Shown here: piece after piece, positions 44,880-53,332 of the stretch
How the letters are laid out: the number at the start of each line of letters is the position of its first letter
How positions within the stretch are numbered: position 1 is the stretch's first letter
Origin: Chromatiales bacterium
Lineage (GTDB): Bacteria > Pseudomonadota > Gammaproteobacteria > Steroidobacterales > GCA-2729495
Direction of reading: 5' to 3'
Assembly: GCA_016789845.1 (NCBI GenBank)
Contig: JAEUQA010000076.1
Span: forward strand, 1,780-65,779
DNA: 64,000 nucleotides
The notes under the pieces: model-generated
Databases searched by the model: none
What the model saw: the letters and a program-made list of their open reading frames with translations, nothing else
What the model was told of the DNA's origin: nothing
Program-made: the position numbers and the translations under genes

Positions 44880-45938
44880 ATGCGCGTGCGAACCCTTTGC
44901 ACTGACATCGTGACCGTCAGCCTGGCCCTGCTCTTCTGTGCTTCCGCTAATGCTGCCGGGGAGGATGCCGCGGTGGTGGACCACTCCCGGCACCAGGACC
45001 GTGCCGGTCACCAGATGACCCACGAGCAGATCGAGATCCTCAAGTCGAAGATCGAGATCTACCGGCCCTACACTGACGAGCAGATCAACGCGGCCATGTC
45101 GCGCATGTACGAGGCCCAGGAGTACCTGAGCCCGCCCGGGGTCCGCAACGAGGTCGGCATCCTCGGGCTGGGTCACGGCTACAAGGCCGAGGGCGATGCG
45201 CTCTTCAAGCGCGGCTATGCGGGCGTCGCCGCGGTGTACCCGACGGCGGTCGGCCTGGGCATGACGATGATGGACTCCGCCCACATCCAGGCCGCCGTCG
45301 ACCAGCTCGAGGCCGCGGGCGCGAAGACGATCGTCGTGCTGCCGACCGAAGTTGGCGACAACACCTCGCTGATCCGCCAGTGGAACTACGCCTTCGGGCT
45401 CAGCGACAGATCCTCCTATCTGGACGTCCCGCGCATCAGGAGCGATGCGCGGATCCTGGTGGCCAGGACGCCGACGACCAGCCCGCTGGTGACGCAGATC
45501 CTGGCGGACTACGTCCGGGGCGCCAGCAGCAATCCCGCCGGCGAGGTGGTCGTGTTGATTGCCCACGGGCCCGAAGACGCCGCCGACAACGAGAAGGAAC
45601 TGCGAAATCTCGCCGTCCACGCGGCCGGCATCCGGGCCGCGACGGGCGTCCCGGACGTGATGTACGGCACCCTGCAGGACGACGCCCCGCCCGAGATTCG
45701 CCAGAAGAATGTTGATCGCATGCGTGGCTGGATTGCCGGGGCCACGGCGTCGGGCAGGAAAGTGATCGTGGTGCCGGTGGTCATCGTGGGCCGCAGCGGC
45801 GTGTCGGCCCGCATCGCGAAGGACCTGGCGGACCTGGACTACGTCAGCACCGGGAAGGGCATCGCCGAGCACACGTTATTCGACCAGTGGATCCGGGAGA
45901 CCGTTGCTGCGGCGACGAAGCCGGCCGGCACGGGTTGA
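44880..45938 (+). CDS. Exported double-CbiX/SirB-like protein, paralog of 29966..31117
   Basis: Signal peptide ...LLFCASANA; His-rich DHSRHQDRAGHQMTH; collinear with the 29966 protein (MTxEQ...Y..YTDEQI.A.M.RM, ILGLGHGY, VVLPTEVGDNTSLIRQW, VLIAHGPED). Confidence 0.7.
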   Translation: MRVRTLCTDIVTVSLALLFCASANAAGEDAAVVDHSRHQDRAGHQMTHEQIEILKSKIEIYRPYTDEQINAAMSRMYEAQEYLSPPGVRNEVGILGLGHGYKAEGDALFKRGYAGVAAVYPTAVGLGMTMMDSAHIQAAVDQLEAAGAKTIVVLPTEVGDNTSLIRQWNYAFGLSDRSSYLDVPRIRSDARILVARTPTTSPLVTQILADYVRGASSNPAGEVVVLIAHGPEDAADNEKELRNLAVHAAGIRAATGVPDVMYGTLQDDAPPEIRQKNVDRMRGWIAGATASGRKVIVVPVVIVGRSGVSARIAKDLADLDYVSTGKGIAEHTLFDQWIRETVAAATKPAGTG

Positions 45939-45954
45939 GCGTGGCAGAACGGCG

Positions 45955-46290
45955 CTAGTCGCCGGCTATCGTCACCAGCTTGACCCGCCCTGACGCGCCC
46001 CGCCGGATCGACACCCGGGACTTCGGCTGGCCGAAGCGCCGGGCGACCAGGGCGATGAGCTCGGCGTTGGCCTTGCCGTCCACGGGCGGCGCCTTGAGGG
46101 CCGCGAGCCAGGTGCCGTCGGCGAGCTGCTCCAGGGCGCTCGTCCTGGCGTTCGGCTTCACCCTGACCTGGATCGTCTTCAGCGCGCTGCCGCCTGCTGC
46201 TGCCGGGCCTGGCAGCGGCCCAGGATCTCCCGCTTCTCGGCCTCGGTAGCCGTGCCCCACGCCGACAGTTCCGCCCGCGTGCGGTAGCAC
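45955..46290 (-). CDS. DUF167 (YggU-like) protein; start codon unresolved
   Basis: IQVRVKPNARTSALE...LKAPPVDGKANAELIALVARRFG...V.I..G.SGR.K matches YggU. The conserved part begins near 46185, right at the TGA of the upstream DUF1289 gene, where only CTG is in frame. The only in-frame GTGs (46290, 46260) imply an 80-110 nt overlap. Confidence 0.6.
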   Translation of the reverse strand: MLPHAGGTVGVGHGYRGREAGDPGPLPGPAAAGGSALKTIQVRVKPNARTSALEQLADGTWLAALKAPPVDGKANAELIALVARRFGQPKSRVSIRRGASGRVKLVTIAGD

Positions 46291-46379
46291 CCGAAGCAGA
46301 GGCCATCCCCGCCGATGCAGCAGATGCCCACACAGGGGCTGGGGACGGGCAGGCTGGCCATGGTGGAATCAGGGGGCAT
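46179..46379 (-). CDS. DUF1289 (YdhL-like) Cys-rich protein
   Basis: SPCVGICCIGGDGLCFGCYRTRAELSAW signature; 66 aa. Confidence 0.8.
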   Translation of the reverse strand: MPPDSTMASLPVPSPCVGICCIGGDGLCFGCYRTRAELSAWGTATEAEKREILGRCQARQQQAAAR

Positions 46380-46416
46380 CGGAGCTTCCCGGGAGCTGCC
46401 GTTGTACAGTTGAATT

Positions 46417-47517
46417 ATGACGCACTGGCTGCTCTACGGCGCCAACGGCTACACGGGACGGCTGATGGCCACCGAGGCGGTGCGCCGCGGCCTCCAGCCC
46501 GTGCTCGGGGGCCGCAATCCCGTCGCGCTGCGCGCGCTCGCCGAAGAGCTGGCCCTGCCGGTGCGCGTGTTCGACCTGCGGGACCCCGCGGCAATTGCCA
46601 CCGCGCTCGAGGACGTGTCCCTCGTGCTCCACTGCGCCGGGCCGTTCTCGGCCACCTGCGCCCCCATGCTGGAGGGCTGTCTCGCGGCCGGTGCCCATTA
46701 CCTCGACATCACCGGCGAGATCGACGTCTTCGCCCACTGCCACGCGCAGGATTCACGGGCACGGGTGCGCGGCATCGTCGTCCTGCCCGGCGCCGGCTTC
46801 GACGTGGTGCCCACCGACTGCGTTGCCGCGATGCTGAAGCGCGAGCTGCCCGACGCCACGGCGCTGGTGCTGGGCTTCGAGGCTGGCGGCGGCGCGAGCC
46901 CTGGCACCACCAGGACCGGCGTTGAGGGGCTGGCCCGCGGCGGCCGGGTGCGCCGGAACGGCGAGCTCGTGCCGGTTCCGCTCGCGTACAGGACCCGCAC
47001 CTTCGACCACGACGGCCGGGCCCGGACGGCGATGACGATTCCCTGGGGCGATCTCTATACGGCCTGGGTGTCCACCGGCATACCGGATATCGAGACCTAC
47101 CTGGTGGCTTCGCCCCGGTCCATCGCCGCCGCCCGCCGGGCCAACTCGCTGCGCCCGTTGCTCGGCTGGCCGGCGGTGGTGCGCTACCTGCAGCGCCGCG
47201 TGGCGGGCCGGGTGCAGGGCCCATCGGCGGAGACCCGGCACCGCACGCGCTCCCGCATCTGGGGCGAAATCCGGAACGCGCGGGGCGAGGAGCGCCGGCT
47301 GGAGATCGACACTCCGAACGGCTACGACCTCACGGTCACCGGCGCGGTGGGCATCGTCCAGCGCCTGCTCGGGGCCGAGCTTCCCGGCGGTTACTACACG
47401 CCGTCGATGCTGATGGGCGCCGACTACGTGCTATCGCTGCCAGGCGTCCGCGCCGTAGGAGCGCCTTCAGGCGGAGCAGAAATGGGGACAGATTTATTTC
47501 TCTCTCGAGAGAAATAA
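46417..47517 (+). CDS. Saccharopine-dehydrogenase-family NAD(P)-binding protein; the last 20 aa are encoded by a REP palindrome
   Basis: MTHWLLYGANGYTGRL Rossmann motif; HCAGPF...HYLDITGE. The frame reads through the GTAGGA at 47455 and stops at 47515-47517 inside the element. Confidence 0.8.
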   Translation: MTHWLLYGANGYTGRLMATEAVRRGLQPVLGGRNPVALRALAEELALPVRVFDLRDPAAIATALEDVSLVLHCAGPFSATCAPMLEGCLAAGAHYLDITGEIDVFAHCHAQDSRARVRGIVVLPGAGFDVVPTDCVAAMLKRELPDATALVLGFEAGGGASPGTTRTGVEGLARGGRVRRNGELVPVPLAYRTRTFDHDGRARTAMTIPWGDLYTAWVSTGIPDIETYLVASPRSIAAARRANSLRPLLGWPAVVRYLQRRVAGRVQGPSAETRHRTRSRIWGEIRNARGEERRLEIDTPNGYDLTVTGAVGIVQRLLGAELPGGYYTPSMLMGADYVLSLPGVRAVGAPSGGAEMGTDLFLSREK

Positions 47518-47556
47518 ATCTGTCCCCATTTCTGCTCCGCCTGAAGGCGCTCCTAC
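47455..47556. repeat. 102-bp perfect palindrome: GTAG-REP outer arms plus an AT-rich inner segment (50-nt arms, 2-nt centre)
   Basis: I checked base by base that 47455-47504 is the exact reverse complement of 47507-47556. It lies between convergent genes, and its right arm supplies the TAG stop (47553-47555, minus strand) of the FG-GAP gene. Confidence 0.95.
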
Positions 47557-49178
47557 GGCGCGGGGCAGGCGATCGTCACGTCCGCCGGGCACCGCACCCG
47601 GTCCGCCCGGCGGCTCTTCCGGAAGCTGAAGATGTGCACCTGCCGGGCCTCGAAGACCGGGATGTAAAGCTCCGCCATGCCGTCCGCGCCGGGCCGGTCG
47701 TAGCGCCAGGCCAGGCCGCCGATGGTGGAGATCACCTCGCCCTTCGGGTCGAGGGCGAGGGTCTGGGTGGTGTTCGCACCGTAGTGGTCGTTGATGTCGA
47801 AGATGGTGACTGACTCGTAGCGCCACTCGTCCCGCCTGTCGCTGACGGGCTTCAGCACCCACACCTTCGACGCCTCGTCGCCGCCCACCACGATCCAGGG
47901 CTTCGCGCTCCCCTCGAGCTTTCGCTCCGGCCAGAAGGCGACGGCCCGGTTCGGCGCGAGCCGGCCGGGGCCCCGCACCGGCTTCGGGAAGGTGGGATTC
48001 GGGCGGATGTTGTCCTTGAGGATGTGCGTGGTCCAGTCCTCGTCGAAGAGCTTGCCGCTGGCCGGCTGCTCCAGGGCGATCACGCGGCCGGGGATGACGT
48101 CCTTCGTGACGTCGAAGCAGCCGTCGCCCTGGTGGTTGCTGGTGAGGATCTCGAGGCGGCCGTCGCCGTTCAGGTCCGCGGGCTCGACGGCGAAGGGCCG
48201 GCCCTGGCCGGTCATGATGGTCCTGCGGCGGAGCGGGCGCTTCACCGGATCCACGTCCTTCCACTGGCCGCCCGCGGGCGCTCCGAACACCGAGATGTTG
48301 TCGCTCGTGAAGAAGTGGGTGGCGATGATCTCGGGCACGCCGTCCCCGTCCAGGTCGGCGAGCGCCATGTTCACCTCCGGCCCGTTGGTCTCGGCGGGCA
48401 GGCCGACCAGGACCCGGACGTCCCAGGGCACGTCGGGCTTGAGCGCGGCGCCGGGATTGCGGAACCAGACCAGCTCGCCCACCGGCGGGCACTGGTAGAG
48501 GAAGGGCATCAGGTTGGCCCGGGCCGTGATCAGGTCCTTCAGGCCGTCGCCGTCCATGTCGTGGAACAGCGCCTGGTGGTAGAACCAGCGGTCGTTGAGG
48601 ATCTGGTCGGGGCCCTTGCCGGCGGAGCAGTCCGGGGTGCCGGTGCCGGCCTCGGCGACCACGTACTCGGTGCGCTTCGGATCATCCACGTTCACCAGCG
48701 TGATTCGCCCGGGCTTCGGCGTGGAGAGGAAGCCGCCCGGGACCACCACGGCCTGGAAGGGCACCACCCCGTCCGGGACCCGGTCAGACTCATTCGGCCA
48801 GACGTGCCGGAAGGGCTCGCCCGCCCGGTCGGTCAGGATCTCCAGCTCCTTCCGGGCATCGAAGGTGGCCGGATCGACGCCGGCCAGGTCCGGGATCCAC
48901 GCGGCCAGGTCCCGCTCGAACACCCGGGTGACCTTCTCGCCCGTCGGGTCCTTCTCCACGTTGAAGAAGCTGGACATGAGCAGCGCGTCCCGGGTCTCGC
49001 TGCCGTTCCCGGTCGGGAAGCTGGTGACGTGCAGAAAGGCGGGGTTGAAGGGCAGGTTGATGACGCCCTTGCGGTACAGCGGCACGCAGGCTTCGTCGCC
49101 GGTGGCGGCGGAGCCGGCGCCAAATGTGCAAGCGAGGACCAGGGGAAGCAGGAAGCGGGAAGCGGGCTGGCCGTGCAT
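47553..49178 (-). CDS. Secreted FG-GAP/VCBS-repeat (integrin-alpha-like) protein
   Basis: Signal peptide ...ACTFGAGSAA; DMDGDGLKDL, DLDGDGVPEI, DLNGDGRLEI calcium-loop repeats. Confidence 0.75.
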   Translation of the reverse strand: MHGQPASRFLLPLVLACTFGAGSAATGDEACVPLYRKGVINLPFNPAFLHVTSFPTGNGSETRDALLMSSFFNVEKDPTGEKVTRVFERDLAAWIPDLAGVDPATFDARKELEILTDRAGEPFRHVWPNESDRVPDGVVPFQAVVVPGGFLSTPKPGRITLVNVDDPKRTEYVVAEAGTGTPDCSAGKGPDQILNDRWFYHQALFHDMDGDGLKDLITARANLMPFLYQCPPVGELVWFRNPGAALKPDVPWDVRVLVGLPAETNGPEVNMALADLDGDGVPEIIATHFFTSDNISVFGAPAGGQWKDVDPVKRPLRRRTIMTGQGRPFAVEPADLNGDGRLEILTSNHQGDGCFDVTKDVIPGRVIALEQPASGKLFDEDWTTHILKDNIRPNPTFPKPVRGPGRLAPNRAVAFWPERKLEGSAKPWIVVGGDEASKVWVLKPVSDRRDEWRYESVTIFDINDHYGANTTQTLALDPKGEVISTIGGLAWRYDRPGADGMAELYIPVFEARQVHIFSFRKSRRADRVRCPADVTIACPAP

Positions 49179-49213
49179 CGCGGGCGGTCTCCGGGGCAGC
49201 GAGAAACCGCAGT

Positions 49214-50221
49214 CTAGTGTGGAACTCCCGCGATAACGACGTCTTCCGCGCCCGCCGTTCGCTGCGCGACCCGCGAGGCATCGAAGGGCCCGAGCCGCTC
49301 GTTGGCCAGGGCGCGGACGCCGTCGTCAATCTCCGCGGGCGACAGGTCGGCCCAGCCGGCTGCTGCCTTGTTGGCCGCCGCCATGAAGGCCTCGACTTCC
49401 GGCTGGTAAGCGAGGCCGCGGACCGGCGAGAAGTGCAGCACGTTGCCCAGCTTCTGGTCCGGCGTGAAGCGCCGGTGGAGCTCGGCCTTGACGGCGAAGT
49501 AGGCCTCCATCTGGGCGGGACTGTCCCGCCGGCTGAATACGCCCACCCGGGTGGCGTTCGCGATGAGGCTGGCCGGCGGGATGATGTCCGGCGTGGTGAT
49601 CTCCAGCCAGTCCAGGATCACGCCGACGGACGCATTGGCGTTCATCGGCGAGGTCCGCGGGGGCGGGGCGCCGCCAGCGGCAAGGGCCAGGGCCGTGAAC
49701 TCAGAGCAGTAGACCTTCGACGGGTCGCTGCGGTCGAAGTACGGGTCGAAGGGCAGGCCGGCCATGTAGCTGTCCTGCGCGAAGCGACCGATCAGTTCCG
49801 CGTCGGTGCCGGGTGGCGGGTCGTAGATGGCGATGAAGCGGTTCTGGGCAAGGAAGGTGCCGAGCCCGATGCGGCGCATGCCGCCCGTTACGTGGTGCGT
49901 GAGCGGGCTGCTGCCGAGCGACGGCTGCATGCGGCCGTTGGCCTCGTAGACCCACGGACTCCCGTTTTCTACGACGATGATGCCGCTGTGCACGTAGGGA
50001 TGATTCTCGGCGACCAGCAGCGACAGGAACATGCTGTTGGCAGACCCCTGCTCGCTGACGATGATCTGGCCCGTGTGGACCGGAATGCCCTCGTAGCGCA
50101 CCGTGGCATCCGTGGCACCGCCATCGACCTGCCAGGTGCTGAACGCGGGGCCGACGGCCATGCACCCGCCGAGCAGCGACGCCGCAGCGAGCAGCAGGCT
50201 AGGGTGACGGAGGCTCGACAC
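49214..50221 (-). CDS. YiiX/YaeF-like permuted papain-fold (C92) lipoprotein
   Basis: Lipobox LLGGC; HSGIIV and VYCSEFT catalytic-type motifs. Confidence 0.65.
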   Translation of the reverse strand: MSSLRHPSLLLAAASLLGGCMAVGPAFSTWQVDGGATDATVRYEGIPVHTGQIIVSEQGSANSMFLSLLVAENHPYVHSGIIVVENGSPWVYEANGRMQPSLGSSPLTHHVTGGMRRIGLGTFLAQNRFIAIYDPPPGTDAELIGRFAQDSYMAGLPFDPYFDRSDPSKVYCSEFTALALAAGGAPPPRTSPMNANASVGVILDWLEITTPDIIPPASLIANATRVGVFSRRDSPAQMEAYFAVKAELHRRFTPDQKLGNVLHFSPVRGLAYQPEVEAFMAAANKAAAGWADLSPAEIDDGVRALANERLGPFDASRVAQRTAGAEDVVIAGVPH

Positions 50222-50372
50222 GGGTCAGAGCCCTTTCCGGCGGTGCTTCCGGAAGGAAATTGTTGAGGGCCGGTGGGTCGGATTCCCGGACGACAGCGGC
50301 CACCTCGGCGGGCAGGTGGATGCAGCCAGACAGGGCCAGGAGGGCAAAAGTGATGATGGCCGGGGCGCGCAC
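50199..50372 (-). CDS. Possible small lipoprotein
   Basis: GTG 50372 gives VRAPAIITFALLALSGC (lipobox). It sits only about 30 nt from an upstream terminator and overlaps the next gene by 23 nt. Confidence 0.35.
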   Translation of the reverse strand: MRAPAIITFALLALSGCIHLPAEVAAVVRESDPPALNNFLPEAPPERALTRVEPPSP

Positions 50373-50402
50373 GGGTGAGATCCTAGCGGTTCGGGTGCCC
50401 GG

Positions 50403-50432
50403 AAAAAAAGCGCCCCGCACGAGGCGGGGCGC
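50403..50432 (-). terminator. Rho-independent terminator of the 50480..51121 OMP gene
   Basis: Minus strand reads GCGCCCCGC-ctcgt-GCGGGGCGC followed by TTTTTTT. Confidence 0.85.
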
Positions 50433-50479
50433 CTGTTGTCACGTCACCAGTCCGGCCTCTGGGAGGCTGGATGGCCAGC

Positions 50480-51121
50480 TTACTTCGAGACGATGTCGGC
50501 GAAGGACCAGCGGATGTCGAACCGGGCCTGATCGCCGCCGAAGAAACCCGAGCTCGAGCCAGAGCCGCCCAGATCAACGGTGAGACCCGTCGAGAAGTTC
50601 GGCGTCCACTTGTAACGACCGCCAAGCTGGACGGTGGTGTTGTACACATCGAAGTCCGGATTGCTGGAGTTATCGTCGACACTGGTCTGGGTGTACCAGG
50701 CTTCAGCCAGCAGCTCGACCTTATCAGTCAGGCTATGACGCAGGCCCAGACCGACGCCGAAGCCATCCGAACCTTCACCTCCATCGAAGTCGTAGTTGAA
50801 GTAGGTCAGGTCCGCAACGAGCTGGGTGTTCGGGGTGAGCTGCGGGTGGGCGCCCACGACGAAGCGCCAGCCGTCGAAGTCGGAGTCGGGGCCGATGTCG
50901 AAATCAGTCGTGCCGTCCTGATAGTCCAGCGAGGCGTGCCACACGTTGGCAAAGCCAATGCTGCCCTTGATATCCAGAGCGTCGGTGTCAGCGAATTCCG
51001 AACCGTCAGCCTTGGTGTATCCGGCCTCAACGTAGGTCCACGGCAGTTCAGCCTGGGCCACGGCGCTGCCCAGCAGGGCGGCCGCCGAAAGTAGTGCAAT
51101 CCCCATACCCTTGGTCTTCAT
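50480..51121 (-). CDS. Small outer-membrane beta-barrel protein
   Basis: Signal peptide ...LLGSAVAQA; alternating beta-strands; Gly/Ser-rich loop; paralog of 51595..52254. Confidence 0.7.
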   Translation of the reverse strand: MKTKGMGIALLSAAALLGSAVAQAELPWTYVEAGYTKADGSEFADTDALDIKGSIGFANVWHASLDYQDGTTDFDIGPDSDFDGWRFVVGAHPQLTPNTQLVADLTYFNYDFDGGEGSDGFGVGLGLRHSLTDKVELLAEAWYTQTSVDDNSSNPDFDVYNTTVQLGGRYKWTPNFSTGLTVDLGGSGSSSGFFGGDQARFDIRWSFADIVSK

Positions 51122-51594
51122 TCGTGTGTCTCCTTACTGTGTCGCGACAACAATTTTCAAAACCGGACTGGCGTGTGCGCAGCATCCATGCCGGGCGCGT
51201 AGTGTACCGGCAACTGTCTTGATATTTCTCTACCAAATGCCTACGGTATCCCGCTATACAAGCCAATCCGCCGCGGGCTCTATCGTTGCGGATATACAAC
51301 AGTGGCGTTCGATTGACGTCGTTTCTGACCAGTAGCGGTTGAATATCGCAAGAGCGGAGGCTCCTGTCGTGCCACGGCAACAAAAACTCGACGGTTCAAC
51401 TAGATAGCTGACAATCGCCGATCATTCTGCCTTTCCGCAGCCGGGGCTGATGTTGCCTTGGAGCAACATCGCCCAATATTTAGTAACACAAGGACCGATT
51501 CAACCTGTAGGATTCTGTTCCCGCGGTCGGCTGCCGATCTATTGCCGACTTTCCGGGCAATTGCGCATAGTTCTTCACAAAGGGAGTTTATTCA

Positions 51595-52254
51595 ATGAAA
51601 CGTACAGGGATCGCACTCGTATCCACAGCCGCGCTGCTGATGTCGTACAGCGTATTTGCTGCTGACGCGTCGGACATCGCCTTCACTTACCTCGAGGGTG
51701 GCTGGACCGAGGCCGACGGTGACGACTTCAACAGCACGGACGGCTTTGGCATTGCCGGCAGCCTCGGTTTCGGCAGCAACTTCTACGCCCAGGCCGGCTA
51801 CAGCATGCTCAACTCAGACAGCACCGACCTTGGCTACAGCGTAGACGTTGATACCTGGTCTATCGCCCTCGGGTACCACACGAGGCTGACCACCAACTCC
51901 GAGATGTTCTTCGCGCTGGGTTGGTTTGATTCCAACGCGGATTTCAAGAACTCGGGGGATCTGGGCGACACCGACGGCTTCAACGTGGAGAGTGGCGTGC
52001 GCTACCGGGCCAGCGACACGATGGAGTTTGGCGGCGCGCTGGTTTACACAAACGGCACCGTTGATGGCGGTAACGAAGGCAGCAACTACGACTACAACGA
52101 CACAAGCGTCCGTATTTACGGGCAGTACTTCATCATGCCTGCCTGGTCGGTCGGCCTGCGCGCGGGCCTGAGCGGCAGCGGCGGCGGCTCCCTCGCCAGC
52201 AGTGGCGACAGCCTGACGCTCTTCACCCGCTACAGCTTCGGCGACGTCCTCTAA
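51595..52254 (+). CDS. Small outer-membrane beta-barrel protein (paralog)
   Basis: Signal peptide ...MSYSVFAADA. Same architecture as the divergent neighbour (YLEGGWTEADGDDF vs YVEAGYTKADGSEF; Gly/Ser loop; C-terminal F..RYSFGDV vs RFDIRWSFADI). Confidence 0.7.
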   Translation: MKRTGIALVSTAALLMSYSVFAADASDIAFTYLEGGWTEADGDDFNSTDGFGIAGSLGFGSNFYAQAGYSMLNSDSTDLGYSVDVDTWSIALGYHTRLTTNSEMFFALGWFDSNADFKNSGDLGDTDGFNVESGVRYRASDTMEFGGALVYTNGTVDGGNEGSNYDYNDTSVRIYGQYFIMPAWSVGLRAGLSGSGGGSLASSGDSLTLFTRYSFGDVL

Positions 52255-52310
52255 AGGACTCTGCTGACCGGCACGCCCTGGCACGTCAAGAAGGGCACCG
52301 GCCAAGATTC

Positions 52311-52340
52311 AATGCCCCGCCTCGAGCGGGGCATTTTTTT
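52311..52340 (+). terminator. Rho-independent terminator
   Basis: AATGCCCCGC-ctcga-GCGGGGCATT followed by TTTTT. Confidence 0.85.
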
Positions 52341-52363
52341 GCACCGCCGCCGGCGGCGGCCGG

Positions 52364-53332
52364 TCACGGTCGGGATGCGAGCATCTGCCGGTGCCAGCGC
52401 CGAAAGGCGACGGCCGGCGCGTCCGTGGCGACGGAAATCTCGCCCGCCTCGTCCACCGGACCGTCCTGGGACTCCACCACCACCCGGTCCTCGTCGAGGA
52501 TCGTGTTGTCCATGGACGCCGCCCGGGCACTCCAGGCTGCCGTGTCGGCGCCGGGTGGCAGGCGCCGCACGGTCATGACACGGGTGCGCGCGGCCGACAC
52601 CGGTATCGAGAATACGTGCAGCTTGCCCTCGCCGCTGTCCCCAAAGTGCAGCACCGACAGGTTCGGCCGGTACCAGTCCACCCGGAAGCCCTGACGGGCG
52701 GTCGTGAAGTAGTTCAGCGTGCTGAAGCCCCAGGACTCAGCGTGGACCTCGCAGGTCGCGATGGCGCCACCCTCGGCGTAATCGTGGGTCCAGGCGCCGA
52801 TCGTGTCCCGGTGCAGGTAGGAGGGATGGGCGAAATCGATGAAGTTCTCGACGGCCCGGGTCCAGTGGGCATTCCAGTGCTGGCTGTAGGTGCCGAACTG
52901 GCGGGGTGGGCCCTGGAGGGATGAGGGGAGTTCGGGCGGTGGCGGGGCGGGCTCGTCCTGCAGGGTGCCTGTGAAGACCCACAGCGCTCCCGCCAGCTCC
53001 ATTACCGGCATGGCAGCGGCCCGGATCGAGCCCAGCGCCTTGTCCGTCAGCTCGTTCAGCGGCACCCGTGCGCAGACGCCGTCGCCCCGGAAGCGCCAGC
53101 CGTGGTAGCGGCACTGCAGGTTGCCGTCTTCGGTGACCGCGCCGAGAGAGAGGGCGGCTCCCCGGTGCGGGCACTTGTCGAGCAGGGCGTGCCACAGGCC
53201 GCCGGCGTCCCGGAACACCACCAGCTTCTCGCCGGCGATCTCGACCGCCTGGGGATTGCTCGTGAGCTCCACGAGCGGCAGGACCGGGGTCCATTGCCGC
53301 CGCAGCAGCGGAAAGAGCGGGGCGCTGCTCAG
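52364..53332 (-). CDS. Rieske [2Fe-2S] non-heme-iron oxygenase alpha-type subunit (about 323 aa); start codon unresolved
   Basis: CPHRGAALSLG...CRYHGWRF Rieske motif; ENFIDFAHPSYLH mononuclear-iron motif. The N-terminal region LSSAPLFPLLRRQWTPV has no in-frame ATG/GTG/TTG. CTG 53332-53330 overlaps the upstream TGA. Confidence 0.7.
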   Translation of the reverse strand: MSSAPLFPLLRRQWTPVLPLVELTSNPQAVEIAGEKLVVFRDAGGLWHALLDKCPHRGAALSLGAVTEDGNLQCRYHGWRFRGDGVCARVPLNELTDKALGSIRAAAMPVMELAGALWVFTGTLQDEPAPPPPELPSSLQGPPRQFGTYSQHWNAHWTRAVENFIDFAHPSYLHRDTIGAWTHDYAEGGAIATCEVHAESWGFSTLNYFTTARQGFRVDWYRPNLSVLHFGDSGEGKLHVFSIPVSAARTRVMTVRRLPPGADTAAWSARAASMDNTILDEDRVVVESQDGPVDEAGEISVATDAPAVAFRRWHRQMLASRP

